Part shown: piece after piece, positions 1 through 12,698 of the stretch
How the letters are laid out: every line of letters begins with the position of its first letter
Numbering within the stretch: the stretch's first letter is position 1
Assembly: GCA_905331295.1 (NCBI GenBank)
Contig: CAJNYD010000201.1
Location: 62,001 to 121,387 of the forward strand
Direction: 5' to 3'
From: Rotaria socialis
Taxonomy: Eukaryota
Length of the DNA: 59,387 bases
Notes under the pieces: model-generated
What the model was told of the DNA's origin: nothing
The model's input: the letters and a program-made list of their open reading frames with translations, nothing else
Database searches by the model: none
Translations under genes and position numbers: made by a program

Positions 1-630
1 GGTATCGTATCTACAGCTCAACTGTATCCGGTGCTTTCTGATAATGGACATCACGATTTGGCACTTGAATTGATATCATCAACAACATATCCTTCATACG
101 GCTATATGTTTACAAATCCTTATGAAAATGCTACTACTATATGGGAACTTTGGAATGCACCACTTGCAGGACCTGGCATGAATTCTCGTAATCATATTAT
201 GTATGGTAGTGTTGGTGCTTGGTTTTATTCACATCTAGCAGGGATTGATGTTTCATCCAATATGATCACTATTCGACCTCGAATGGCTTCCGAAGCTAAA
301 AAATATCTTTTATCAAAATTAGATTGCCAATTGAGTACATTATACGGTCTGATTCATATTTCCTATACGCGTGATGAGCATGATACGATTTCTAATTCAA
401 TTTTGCTTCATATTACTGTACCAACAAATACACAAGCTCGTATAATATTGGAGCCATTACTAATCGGTGGACGATGTAAAACATTAATTGAAGGCCATAA
501 TATTATATGGTCATCGGACATCGGCAACCGATATGTTGAAGGATTTGATATTGAAAAAGATTCAATAACAGGTTTTATGACAGTGTATATTGGTTCAGGT
601 CAATATGAGTTTCAAGCGATATGGCAATAG
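1..630 (+). CDS. Alpha-L-rhamnosidase (GH78), C-terminal part; 5'-truncated by the window edge
   Basis: The frame is open from base 1 (GIVSTAQLYPVLSDNGHHDLA). The motifs YPSYGYM..NATTIWELW..GMNSRNHIMYGSVGAWFYSHLAGI match the GH78 catalytic barrel end, followed by a C-terminal beta domain (TLYGLIHISY, VPTNTQA, IGSGQYEF). Confidence 0.9.
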   Translation, partial: GIVSTAQLYPVLSDNGHHDLALELISSTTYPSYGYMFTNPYENATTIWELWNAPLAGPGMNSRNHIMYGSVGAWFYSHLAGIDVSSNMITIRPRMASEAKKYLLSKLDCQLSTLYGLIHISYTRDEHDTISNSILLHITVPTNTQARIILEPLLIGGRCKTLIEGHNIIWSSDIGNRYVEGFDIEKDSITGFMTVYIGSGQYEFQAIWQ

Positions 631-904
631 ATAAAAGTTTAGTTTTGAGCGAACCGATTTAAGTTACCTTTTCTGTATTTTTATTATTTTTCTTTAGATG
701 ATAATCAATGATTTCAAATATAACTTACATAAATAAAAGAGACGTACTAATAGTAAGCTACGTTAGAAGCATCATACAAATCCGTCCATTCCTTAATGAG
801 GAAACTGAATACTTGCTATTAAAAATTGCATATGTATATTGAATAAAATGGTCATTGCAAAAATAATATTTACGTTGAATATTCTGAATGTAATGTCACT
901 GGAC

Positions 905-1030
905 CAGGGTTGCCAACCGACCACAAAAATTGAGGTACAGTCTGTCACACATCCATTCGAATGTCTTAGAGTGTTCGAATATTACGTCAGCAAAATGTAC
1001 CCCACTTTTTGGGGTCGGTTGGCAGCCCTG
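905..1030. mobile_element. MITE, 126 bp, with CAGGG termini (possibly hAT-derived)
   Basis: Left end CAGGGTTGCCAACCGACCACAAAAATTGAGGTACA versus reverse complement of the right end CAGGGCTGCCAACCGACCCCAAAAAGTGGGGTACA: a 35-bp TIR with 4 mismatches. The flanking 8-mers cactggac/aattgaac match only 5/8. Confidence 0.75.
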
Positions 1031-2829
1031 AATTGAACTTACACGTACAGAAATTATGCTGTTTTTAGAATAAAAGCTGATAATTATTCAGCCGTGTTCA
1101 GATTTGCAAAAAAAGGAAATTATGGAAATTTCTGTTGTTTCCTTTTTCGGAAATCTGTACATACCTCAATATCTGATGGTCACATGCAGCTCCGGCAAGC
1201 GTATATATCCTGATTGACAATACTATCACTTGAATAAAAGTTATTTTCTTCTTCAAAGCGATGACACAGACTCAAAATGAATTGTTTTTCCTTTGATGTA
1301 AGACAAAGTGAAAAAAATAGCGGTCAATACTAATGAAGACTGACAGTTATTAAGAACGTTTATTAAAATTATTTGAGATGGGTATGAATTGCAAGTGTAG
1401 TCATTAGTACCTGTTATTTTAACTAAATATCCATCTTAAACCAGTTCTACTCTAATTATAGAACAAATATATGACTGTACAGTAAAGGTAAGAATCTGAA
1501 ATCCGTGCTGATCATTACTTTTCAGAGTGATTAAATAACAACACTAGGGCTCGTCGGGTTCAGCTTCGACTTTGGGTCTTAAAATCATTTTTTTCGGACT
1601 CTCGATCGGGTTTCGGGTTCAGAAGTCTTGGATTTGATCGACTCTAGCAATGAAGATGATCTAGCAAATATGTGTTGGAGTTCATCCTCCAGAACGAAAT
1701 TGGAGAATAAGCGGTCTTTATCTTCGAATCGACTATCGAATTCCTATTAGATTACTTAACTAATAGTATAAAACAGCGTTTCGATAGAATATCCGAACCG
1801 GATTATTGTTTTTACCCGGTCTGCGTTCGATTTCACATGTAGAAATCTTGGATCCAACGGACTTTAAACAACAAACAACAGATCGATTAATATGTTGAGG
1901 ACAGTTTTTCGAAAATTGAATACAAAAAAGAATGGCAATTTACAAAAATCATAAACGTATGCGAAAGATTACCTACCGTCATCAACATCTAATCTTTTAA
2001 TTTATTTTATTTTTATTTAAGTATAATTCACATTTATAAAGAGAAGTACAAATAACTTTTTACGTGTACATCAAAATCACTTTCAAATAATGAACTCAGA
2101 AGGAAAATCCATGAACATATGAAAGTATTTTATAGCCAAAATAAAAATTGTTCCTTAAGAAAAAACTATAAAACTAACATCCATCGATATTTATTGAAGC
2201 GTGCTTTTTTCCATCATGTGCTTGTTCAAAACGATAATTAATTTGAAATTTTCTTTTATGATCAGTTTGTCTACCTCGCACAATTGAGACTTTTTCTTCA
2301 AATAACGTAAGTTTTTTTCATTGATCTTCAAATTATTTTCCCCATTCTTTGTTGCTGAGTTGAAGTTCGTCTTAAAGACCATTAACTTCTTTCGGAGTAA
2401 TTATATATATATATATATTCTAAAATTAGAAAGAGAGTTTGTTTTTGTTTGTATTAGTTTCAAATGAATCAGGTTAATTGATATTCATTAATCTTATCTC
2501 ACGAGTGCTTCTAGTTCAATTATTACTAGAAACAAGAGACATGTGTATCAAGATATAATATTGATGATTAACAATAAATTCGCAAAAACAACTAGAACCA
2601 TTCTCTTAATTATGTTATTAAAAAATATATATGCTAATAATATTACGAATGATTGTACGGAATTGGAAATATGGCCGGTGATAGCATCATCAACATTTTG
2701 ACTCATTCACTGCCAGTGGATAGGTGTACATTTAGTCGAGTTATCTGTTTTATGAAAGAAGATATCGAAAACTTCATTGCTTTCAGGCTAACTTCTTAGG
2801 ATCCTAAGAACAGCATTATTGTCTACTTC

Positions 2830-2969
2830 CCAAGTCGAGGTTTACTGCGCCCATATACGGTCATATTTCATCGTATACGACACGGAGATATACGATCGTA
2901 ATACTGAGATATGTATTTCGCCGAATTTCTCTGTATACGGCCGTAAACGATCGTGTCTGTTCGACCTGG
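2830..2969. mobile_element. Degenerate MITE-like palindromic repeat
   Basis: CCAAGTCGA...TCGACCTGG ends, with inner inverted segments (GTTTAC..TATACG / GTATACGGCCGTAAAC) and repeated ATACGA/TCGTA motifs. GC-richer than its flanks. Confidence 0.5.
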
Positions 2970-5088
2970 ATCGAGTAAAAAACCAAAACAGATTTAACTC
3001 GTAAAACTTTTTATCAACACAATGCCTTCTAACCAAAAAGAAAAAATCTCTGATAAAAGATTGATAGACTAGGGTCAAACAATGAAGAGGTATCTCAAAT
3101 AAACCAAAATGTAAAGGATTTTAAAACGATCGACCAAAACTAAATAGCAGACAGATGATTCATACTATCATTTTGTAACACTGTGAGTTTCTATCAGACT
3201 TCTATGATGATATGCAGGTAGTTTTGCATCATAGGTTGAGACGCTACAGCATTCGTTCATTTTGAGAACTCTCACAGATGAGTGATCTCCCGTCATTAGT
3301 AATTTTATTTTCAAATTTATTTGTTGAGCTAAGGAAATATTTTAAACGTATAATAACACGATCAGTGTGAGAAAGAATCTCTATAAAGAAAATTTATTTT
3401 TAGCACAAATTCCATAGCTTTATAACAATCGAAAGTTGATCGAGCAGATCCAGAAAATGATCACATCTGCTTTGAACACGCTAATAATCGATTCAACGTT
3501 CAGTGGAAATTACATTGAATATAAATATCATGAATACCTACGTAAACACTTATGGTCATCTCTGTTTATCAACACATTTAAACAAGGAAACAATGGATAT
3601 GTGCTTCACCAATGATTTACTCTTCTATGCTGATCAATTCATTTCCTTTTGCAAAACATTTTCATGTTTCGTAAAGTGCTTTATTTGTATCTGCTTCATT
3701 TTTTTATTGAGCAGGTCTTGACTGAACAAATCGTCTAGAAATATGATCAACTAATGCATAATTCTTCGACGCTAACTTTTCAAATCTATGGGGACATGAT
3801 TTATGTATAATTATTCATGGATAAGACTAGATCTTACCAAAGTTAAGTTATGAAGAAAGATAAACGAAATTCAATCATTCGCAAAAGAATCTGCTATAAA
3901 ATAAGTTCAATACTGTTTTGGCCAGAGAGTTCCACAGGACGATCCAAAAGCCACACGGCATCATTCTCTCATGCGTATGTAACTTTTTTCAGGTGTGTGA
4001 ATGTGGATCTTTTCATTAAAACAATTCATACGCTAAAAATCATGGCTATGTTGCCTTCTCGTTTAGTAACTGTCATTGCACTGTGACTTGTAATTACGAA
4101 AAAGCCCAAGAAAATAGTAGTTACAGCTTGACTACGCCACAGTTCAGTCCCAATCAAACCTATAGACCGACTACAAATTGTAGCCTACAATTTTCGATCG
4201 ATTGTATACTGTTGAAAGAATTACTCTAGTTATGGTATATATGCACAATAGTTTCTTTCCTTTTCATCAAAACATATTTGACTAAACAATACCAATATTC
4301 CAAGTCTCATATAAGAATTGACCACAATTTCTATCAAGAAATGAAGTGAATAAGTATTGAATTTTGACATGATTAAAATAAAATGTTTGCTTAAATTTTC
4401 ATAGAAGCTATAAAAATAACAATTAATATTTTATTCATGATATGTGACTGTACTTTAAACAGTAAATTGCAGATTCAGAGTAGATATAACTTATGTATCT
4501 TTTGATATGGTTTTTTTCAAAAATAATCCGTTCATATTACCTGAAAAATTCTACTCTTATCATATTTTATCTGACACAGATGGTTAATTAATCTGAGAAA
4601 CAAATTTTTCGTTTTTGTCGAAAAATAGAATTTTCATCTTGTGATGTGCCTAAACTTTGAAAGATAAAATTCGTAATTGCAATACACCATAATAATTTGT
4701 ACAAGAATTTATAGTTGACAGTTAAAATACGATGAAACCATAGACTAAAATTATTGCAAACTATTGATCATACGTATATAAAATGAGAATCTATCTGAAG
4801 CAAGAATGTTTTTAGTTTCATTCTACTCCAGAAAATAAAAATTTCATAGGCGGGCAACAATAAACACAAAATGTGAGTGTCTGTACTTAGTTGGCTCTTA
4901 AATAGACACATGCACGACAAAGTTACACGACGTCAATATGATAAAATTTTGCCTTCTTCCTTATGATGCGACGTATATCTCAGTTAGTTTTAGATTATTT
5001 TCGTGTAGAAAATGAAGTCATTTATAGTATTCGTATATGAAACAAAGAACACTAGCGTCGATATTTAATAACATAATATATTACAGCA

Positions 5089-6760
5089 ATGCGTTGTTCT
5101 ATTATCTTTTTTCTTCTAATATTAGTAACTTTGTTTGAAGTCGTGAATGGATTCATGAACTTGCATGAGTATAATTTTACAGTCGCCTATGCTGGCAATT
5201 CAACGTCTGTTTTATTGATTAATAATCAATTTCCAGGGCCAACAATTAGAGCTAATCTTAACGATACCATAATTGTTCATGTTCATAATGCTCTTCACAC
5301 AATGGAAGAAGTTACTATTCATTTTCATGGTATTCTTCAGCAGCAAACCCCGCAAATGGATGGCGTCGGATTTGTTACACAAATGCCAATTCCCAATGGA
5401 CGAACATTTACACATGCTTTTCGTGCAAATCCAGCTGGTACACATATGTATCATTCACATGCAGGGTTACAGGCTGTGACAGTATTTGGTACAATAATCA
5501 TTGATGATCCATTACGACGATGGGAAGCAGCAGAAATACCATCAGGCCCAATTATGTTTTCTGATCACTGGGAAGGAGTTGATCGTCTTGAACAAGAAGC
5601 TGGTTTACTTGAGTCACCATTTAAATGGGAAGGAGAACCATCCAATTTGTATATGAATGGTCAACGAAACTTTTTGTTGACGCTAGATCCAGGAGAGATT
5701 TATTTGCTACGATTAATTGGTGCTACAAGTTTGTCTACGATTGTATTTGGCATAACGGAACATCCGATGACTGTTGTCGAGGTCGACGGAAAACTAGTGA
5801 TACCAAAACCTAATATAACATCAATCGAAATTGCTTCTGGACAAAGATATGCGGTACTGATCGAGACAAAAAGTCAATATAGCGGTGTTTTTGCTATGCA
5901 AGCAGCTATTCGATGGCGAATAGCAGCAGCTAACTCGAGGTTTATACAATACGTTTTCTTTTATATAAATTACTTTCTACTCTAAAAACGATTCTAACTA
6001 TTTTTCTAGTTGTATTGGAATCTTACGATATGGCGTACAATCTTCACTTTCTACGAATTTAACATCATTAGAACTTCCATCATTATTTAATGAGACTGAA
6101 TTATTCTTATTTGCATTTCGTGAGCGATATCAAACATTACTTAAATCAGAAAGAATGCCGCCAGGCCATGAAGGTCGTGCTGATACTGAATTCATTTTAC
6201 ATACTGGTCAAGAATATACACCCGATGGAAAAGGTATTCGTTGGTTAACCAACAATGCAACATTCGATATGCTTCGTTTAAAAAATCTTACTACATCTCT
6301 TCTGATGGATTTGTATCATGGAAATGAACAAAATCTCCCACATGACGTTGTTTATACTTTAGAACATGATCAATTAGTTGATATTGTGGTTCAAAATACG
6401 GTTGCACTCAATGGTATATGTGAATCACATCCAATGCATATGCATGGACATAAATTTTGGATACATTCGTATGGAACTGGTATGTACAATGCTGTACATA
6501 ATATCTGGCCTGATAGACACGACCCAGTACTACGTGATTCGTTAATGATTTATGCCAGCTCTTATGCTTATTATTCACCGAATCGAAATGTTTCCAATCA
6601 TCGGATGCCATGCGGATGGACAAAATTACGCATGATCGCGAATAATCCAGGTTTGTGGATGTTTCATTGTCATATTGGTGCACATTCATTTATGGGTATG
6701 AACGTTCTTCTCAAAGAAGACATCGAAAATTTATCAATGATTTATTTAAAACAAAATTAA
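5089..6760 (+). CDS. Secreted multicopper oxidase (ascorbate oxidase/laccase-like); exons 5089-5939 and 6010-6760
   Basis: Signal peptide plus all four Cu-binding motifs: HFHG, YHSH, HPMHMHG and WMFHCHIGAHSFMGM (Met axial ligand). A 70-nt GT-AG intron (5940-6009) joins the two ORFs in frame (..ANSSCIGILRY..). Confidence 0.93.
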
Positions 6761-7682
6761 ATTCTTATATTTCATTTACAATTTGTAATTAATTAAATAA
6801 TAATTCAAAAGAGCTTTTGATGAAATGAACTTATTTCTACCCTTCATAACTTTGATCTGTTTGTAATTGAGTTAAATAAAGATATGTATACATGCACAAT
6901 ATAAATGGTATTCTGCTTCTTTTTCATTCAGCAGAAAAGACGACATCATTCAATATTATGATGAATTTACGATCAAGGTCTGAGTATGATTTCCGCTTTA
7001 ATCAGTTAAAAACTTCACATCAAATATATTTATGATGTGAAAATTGAAAGAAAATCCCTATTAATATTCTATATAATAGGTTAATTAAATCAAGTAAGTA
7101 GCTAATTGGAATAAAACTAGTAAATCACCTGTATTCAGATTCACGAAATCGCTGACAAAAGATTCTTCAATGAAACTATGTTTTCTTTTTCAACATGCTT
7201 CCTCTTTTTATGAGTTATTGTACGGTATTAGTAACTTGAATCGTCGGTTTAAGCTCACGTCAGTGAAATAACGAGAGGCCCAACAATTATTATGCTGTTA
7301 GTATTTTCAAAAATGTCTCAATAATTTACATATGATCCATGTAGTGCTTTTAAATTCTGCACTAACTGATATGCTTTATTCAATGAATATAATTTCAATT
7401 AAAACCACATACAAATCATCTCTGTTATTGTAATATGTACATATACTTACTATACGAAAATTTCTGTTTCGTTTTTGTGCTGAAAAATGATTTAAAAAGT
7501 GACTATTGTATTCTTGATCTCCAAATTGCGTTTTCCTATCAACAATATTCGATTATGAATTCAGTTTGTATTTATTAGTTTCTTTTCTATGTGTAAGAGG
7601 TTATCAGGAGGCAATTATATGTGAGATCAGAATCCTTTTATTGGTTTCATTCAACCAAAGTTTGAACTTCCGATTAGGATAA

Positions 7683-10255
7683 TCATTGTTCTCGTTCGGA
7701 CCATATTATGCCTAGATAAGCAATCCATTTACACAGGCATGTAATAAACTTCGCTGCATAGACATGTTGAACCCATCTAATTGGTAATTTTTTATAACCG
7801 TAACAAGCACCAGCTAATTGTCCATAAATAGCTGCGGTCGTATCAGTATCATCACCGAGATTGACTGCAGCCAAAGCACCTTTCTCAAATGAATCCTCAT
7901 CGGACCAAAATGCCCATAGAGCAGCTTCTAAACTGTTAAGAACAAATCCTTTACCTCGAATACCAGCTTTATAGCCGTCTTTGTGTTTATAAGATCCCTC
8001 AGCAATTTTCCTAACATCTTCATGAAGTGGTTCATCACCAAACCAATCTTTATGGATTTTGTAGAAATTACTATCTAATAAATGTGCCTTTGATGCTCCT
8101 TGAACAGCAGCTACAATCAAAGCGCCATAAAAGCGGCATGCATCAGAAGCTTTGGGATCTCCGTGAGTTGTTTTAGTACTTAGGCCTGAATATTCAACAG
8201 CTTTCTTCGGATCTTGATGGAAGAAGAGTGGTACTGGTGCAAGACGCATAAGACCTCCGTTGCCAGCTGCATCTATTTTGCCACAATACACATCAAAATT
8301 ATGTAAAATCTCCGTGTCAGTTTGAAAATCTAAAGTTTCCACAGGGATATCATTTTTCTTAGCAAAATGACGTTGACGGTATTCAAATTCATTTAATGAT
8401 TGTCTAGTTGCTGACCCAATATCAAAGCATTGTCCTGTAGAGGACATATAGCCTTTTCTGTACCAATATTTGTAAAAAACTAATTGATTGTATGGGTTAA
8501 ATTCGCCTTCAGTTATTAATGAAATAGCTAAACAAAGTGCCATAGAAGTGTCGTCAGTAAACTAAATCATAAAGGTTTCAAATTGCTTAACTTTAGATCT
8601 TGGGTTCTCTAAATTGATTACCTGTCCTTTTTTAAGACCCCAAGTACCTCCTTGTTCAAGTTCTTCGACTGGATGTTCAAGCATGTACTGATGAGGTCTA
8701 AATTCAACATGAGCACCAAGAGCGTCGCCTAGAGCTAGACCGAAAATGGAACCTCGAATAGAATTAAGTAGTTTAGTGTCAATAGTTGAAGGCGGGTTGC
8801 GCAAGAATGATTCAAGCTCATGAGGTCTGAAGATAGTTTGTTGATTGTCGTCATGATATTTAGGATAAAGCCAACGTAGATCTAAATATCTAAATATCTA
8901 AATATTGAATTCTTATCCATAATCAATCAAACTGGAATACAGACGTTTATTACAAGAAGAAAAAAATGATGTTATTCTCTTAGTTTATATTTCTTGACAT
9001 TTATGCAAAATAACTAAAAATGAATTGAAAAAAATAAAATTTGAAATGTTAGATTGTTTTATTAATCCATTAAGTCGACCTTAGACTAGAAGCCTTTGTA
9101 GGAAACAAGCATTCAGATTGCATATAGTTTTTATGAAATAAAGCATTTCCTTTATAAAGTGATAAGAACAAGATTTTTTTAATACATTATTTCTACTCAA
9201 TCTTCTAGTCTTTTTAATGTCGCCGTGCGAAATAGCTTTTCCATATTATCAGAATTAGCATAAAGAATCTAACCAGAATGTGAATGTAGTTGTTCTTCTA
9301 TCAAAATAAACCGTTACTAATAATATTGTTACAAAGTTTGATTATGAAATCTTGTTTACTTCTCAGTAAATAACGAAAAATAAATACAGTAAAAGCTAAT
9401 AGTGTTTTTCATAATCAAATTCGACAAATCAAAATTAATATTCGCTTATATTCATACGTGTTAATTTGGAAAGATAAATATTAAATGGTATCTTTCAAGA
9501 TACCTGTCACACGATGCTGATTTTTTTTCCAATAATTTCAGCATTTTATTAGTGAGTTACTCATGAAAAAAACAATCTCTTCTCATTCATCGAAGATTAC
9601 CGAATTCATATGTTAATTTTCAACTTTGATTTATTAGCCTTTTAACTATCATGATCTTGCTTGTGAGAAAAGTTCCCGCAAGAATTGTAGCGCAATCATA
9701 GGTACGGGAGCGGATGCTGGTAGTCCAAAACTTGTCTACTCATAAAAATTCTTTATTTTTTCTGAAAAGGGCTCAAGCTCCTTGTTTGTATTCTATTCCA
9801 CGAACAATATTCTTTCCATATCTGGACTATTTCAGGCTGTCAGTAACACCAAGCTTATTATCCGAGTAACATCCGTCGGGTCACTGTCAGAAGACTATGT
9901 ATAAAAAAAAACGGCAGGTTTTCTAATATTTTCTGACTCTTTTTGTTCTACAATATAGTTAAAACAATTGAAATCTATGACAGAATAAATGATTTTCCCA
10001 TGAAATATAGCTTTTATAAGAAATACAGGTCGAATAGCATCACAGTGATTAACTTAATTATTCGCTAAAGAAAAATGTTGGTACATTACCTTTTTCAGAG
10101 CCAGCTACAGGATTAATTACTGGTGAAATTCGAGATTCTAAAATGAAAAATTAGAGTAAAGACTGATGCTTGATAAAAGGCAAGGAATATTCAGTTAAAA
10201 TGAAAGTATTAGTATTTTGCGACATGTTATAAAAATTCTTACGTCCACATCCCAT
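7683..10255 (-). CDS. ADP-ribosylglycohydrolase (DraG/ARH family); exons 10255-10243, 10137-10090, 8881-8622, 8561-7683
   Basis: Motifs GSIFGLALGDALGAHVEF, GQFTDDTSMALCLA (joined across intron 8562-8621), CFDIG, AGNGGLMRLAP, TTHG and AVNLGDDTDTTAAIYGQLAGA. Two small upstream exons with GT/AG sites and matching phases give MGCGQSRISPVINPVAGSEKDLRWLY. The core (7683-8881) is firm; the upstream exons are less certain. Confidence 0.9.
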
Positions 10256-10877
10256 GATATTGCCAATGTTATAATTAATTTCGGAATTGTCGGCAGTCGA
10301 CAAATTTTGAATTATTCCAATATTCAATATTTATCCAACTTAAAATAAATAATTCAACAATTCTACAAGAACAAACTGATCTGTATAATGACTAAATAAT
10401 CGATCTTGTTAGACGCATAATAGTTGCAAGTAATAAAAACCTAGTAAAATAGTATTAAGTAGTTCTACTTCAGATATTTTATTACATCATTGGAAAATTT
10501 TCGCAATTCTTTCAATATTCAACTTTAAAAACAATCAAAAAACTGTGCCTTTCAGTGAAAAATTGAGATAGCTGAAAGGAAGTGTTGCCAGTTAACATAA
10601 TGCATTTTTTTATAAGCTCTATTATTGTGACTCATTGTGTTTTTCGTTCTTTACAGTGGTGAAATTAAAAACAGTGACGACTCATTTATTTTTATTATCT
10701 TGTTGCTAAGAAATGAATTATACAAGAGAAATATTGCAAGATCGTTTTTGTACTTCAACTTGTAGACACTTAACATGTGATAATTGTCTGGAATGTTTGT
10801 TACGTTTATTGAGGTAAAAAATCATAACTGAGAAAAGTCAAATTGTTTGGATGACTGTAGTTGAAATGTACATAATA

Positions 10878-11525
10878 CGAGGAGAAGAGTGACATCTTTC
10901 GATAACGATAACTTGAAATGAATGGTTGTATTTTACGGTGTTGAAAAGTTTCAACATATGAAATATATTGACAATACAGATTCCATAGTATTTCATCTAA
11001 TAACTAATAAGTAAAGGAAGATTTTTCCGAACTAACTAAGAAATTTGATCAAATATGTTATGTTTTAGTTTATAAAAACATAATATCTATACAAGTATAG
11101 TTAACGTGACCGAAAAAACTATATTAGTCGTAACGTTTGATAACGTTTATATTCGGAATATCTCAAAAACTTTGCTATGCGCAACAATCACAATCAGTAT
11201 GTGTACTTGTGTCAGGAAAAGAATCCTTAGTGAACACAAATATTTGTATTTGACAGGCATTTCGTTTTCCTAAAGAATTGCCGTCAGTGACCTTTCTTAA
11301 AAAACTGAATGAACAATATAGAATTCTGTTTGAACATTTTAAAATGTTTCTGAATTCAAGAAAATTATCATAAAGAAAATTTTAAAATATTTATAACATT
11401 TAATTCCCTGATGAAAAATATGAATTTTTCTTAGAAATTTAATTCATTTCAAATGTCTGTGCTTATCTTCATTATGTCGAATGGTTTTTTTTGCATCGTT
11501 TAATCCTAGTATGTGTCTCTCCTCG
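10878..11525. mobile_element. Possible decayed Tc1/mariner-type non-autonomous element
   Basis: TA|CGAGGAGA at the left and TCTCCTCG|CA at the right form a short imperfect TIR. There is no coding capacity. Confidence 0.3.
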
Positions 11526-12698
11526 CATAGATAGGATTTATTTCTCTAAGATGATGGAATGCCACTTTATTAAAATATAGATTATACGATTATTTCAATC
11601 GTAGCTAGCGGGTTTGCTCTATGATTTTTCGCTTAGTTTAATCTTGAAAGCAACAGAAGATAAAGGTGACAATTGAATTTAACACTGCTAGAAAATATTT
11701 TATTAGACAATATTAAAATTTTATGAATACTTTATAACTCGTCATTTCTCTATGGATAAAAATTATATTTTCTTACTAGAATTTAGGCTTATGTAATAAG
11801 ATATATGTGATAAGAAATGTGAAATGAAAACGTCGATATTCCTTTCTTCTAACATATAGAATATTTCATATGTATTTTCTCTATTGTTGTATAACTTTTT
11901 AGATTCAAAGGTAAAAATTTTCATTCTTTATAGTGACTCATAATATAGCATCGTGACACAAGAATAAAGCATTTACATTATTCTTCACTCAAATACACTT
12001 CTGTTTTGTTGATTATTTCATTGAACTTACAGTTTATTTGTTTTATTTCTTGATATCATGTAATCAGTACACTTGCTTCTTAGTTTAGACGTAGTTACAA
12101 CTTCGGATTCCGATTGGTCAAGTGGCTGTTAATCCATTGGTTATTAAATCATCTGTATCACTGATATAATTGATTTTTAGCTAATGAAGACAACTTATAG
12201 TCAATGATTTTGAAGCAGCTACAGTTTTGTTCCATTGTAAATTACTGATTGCTTACTTTTATCGGAAAAAATATTCATAAACATGAATGTAATTAGACGT
12301 TGAATCAAGTGAACAATTTGGAATCATGAGATAATGATGATAAATGTAACCTAGGGAAACATCCTAATGTGAGCTCAAATTTACTCATTGGTTATGATTA
12401 GATTGCTAAAAGAAGTACTAGAACTGAATGAATCATACACTTGTATGAGTATAATACTTCCAATAGACCATCAATTATTTGACAGATATATTTAATAACT
12501 TGATTTTATAATTCTATTTAAGCTATTTCATTTGTCTTTTTATTCTATGTTAATTAATATTGTGGATCAATAGTCGCATAATAATTATAAAAATGCATCT
12601 ATTACTTCAATGCTGAGTTTTGATTTATTAAGCATGAAACAGTGGCTCGTACAATGACAACTATCATCTAAATTTCAAATTAAGAAAAAGGAGATTGT

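Noticed and set aside
1545..1646. hAT-like MITE (TAGGGCTCG...CGACTCTA with CGGGTT motifs)
   Set aside because: The TIR match is weak and there is no TSD, so it is too degenerate to list as a feature.
9661..9900. GC-richer patch in the ARH intron as an extra exon
   Set aside because: The frames I checked contain stops or lack suitable splice sites, and the flanking exons already join in phase without it.
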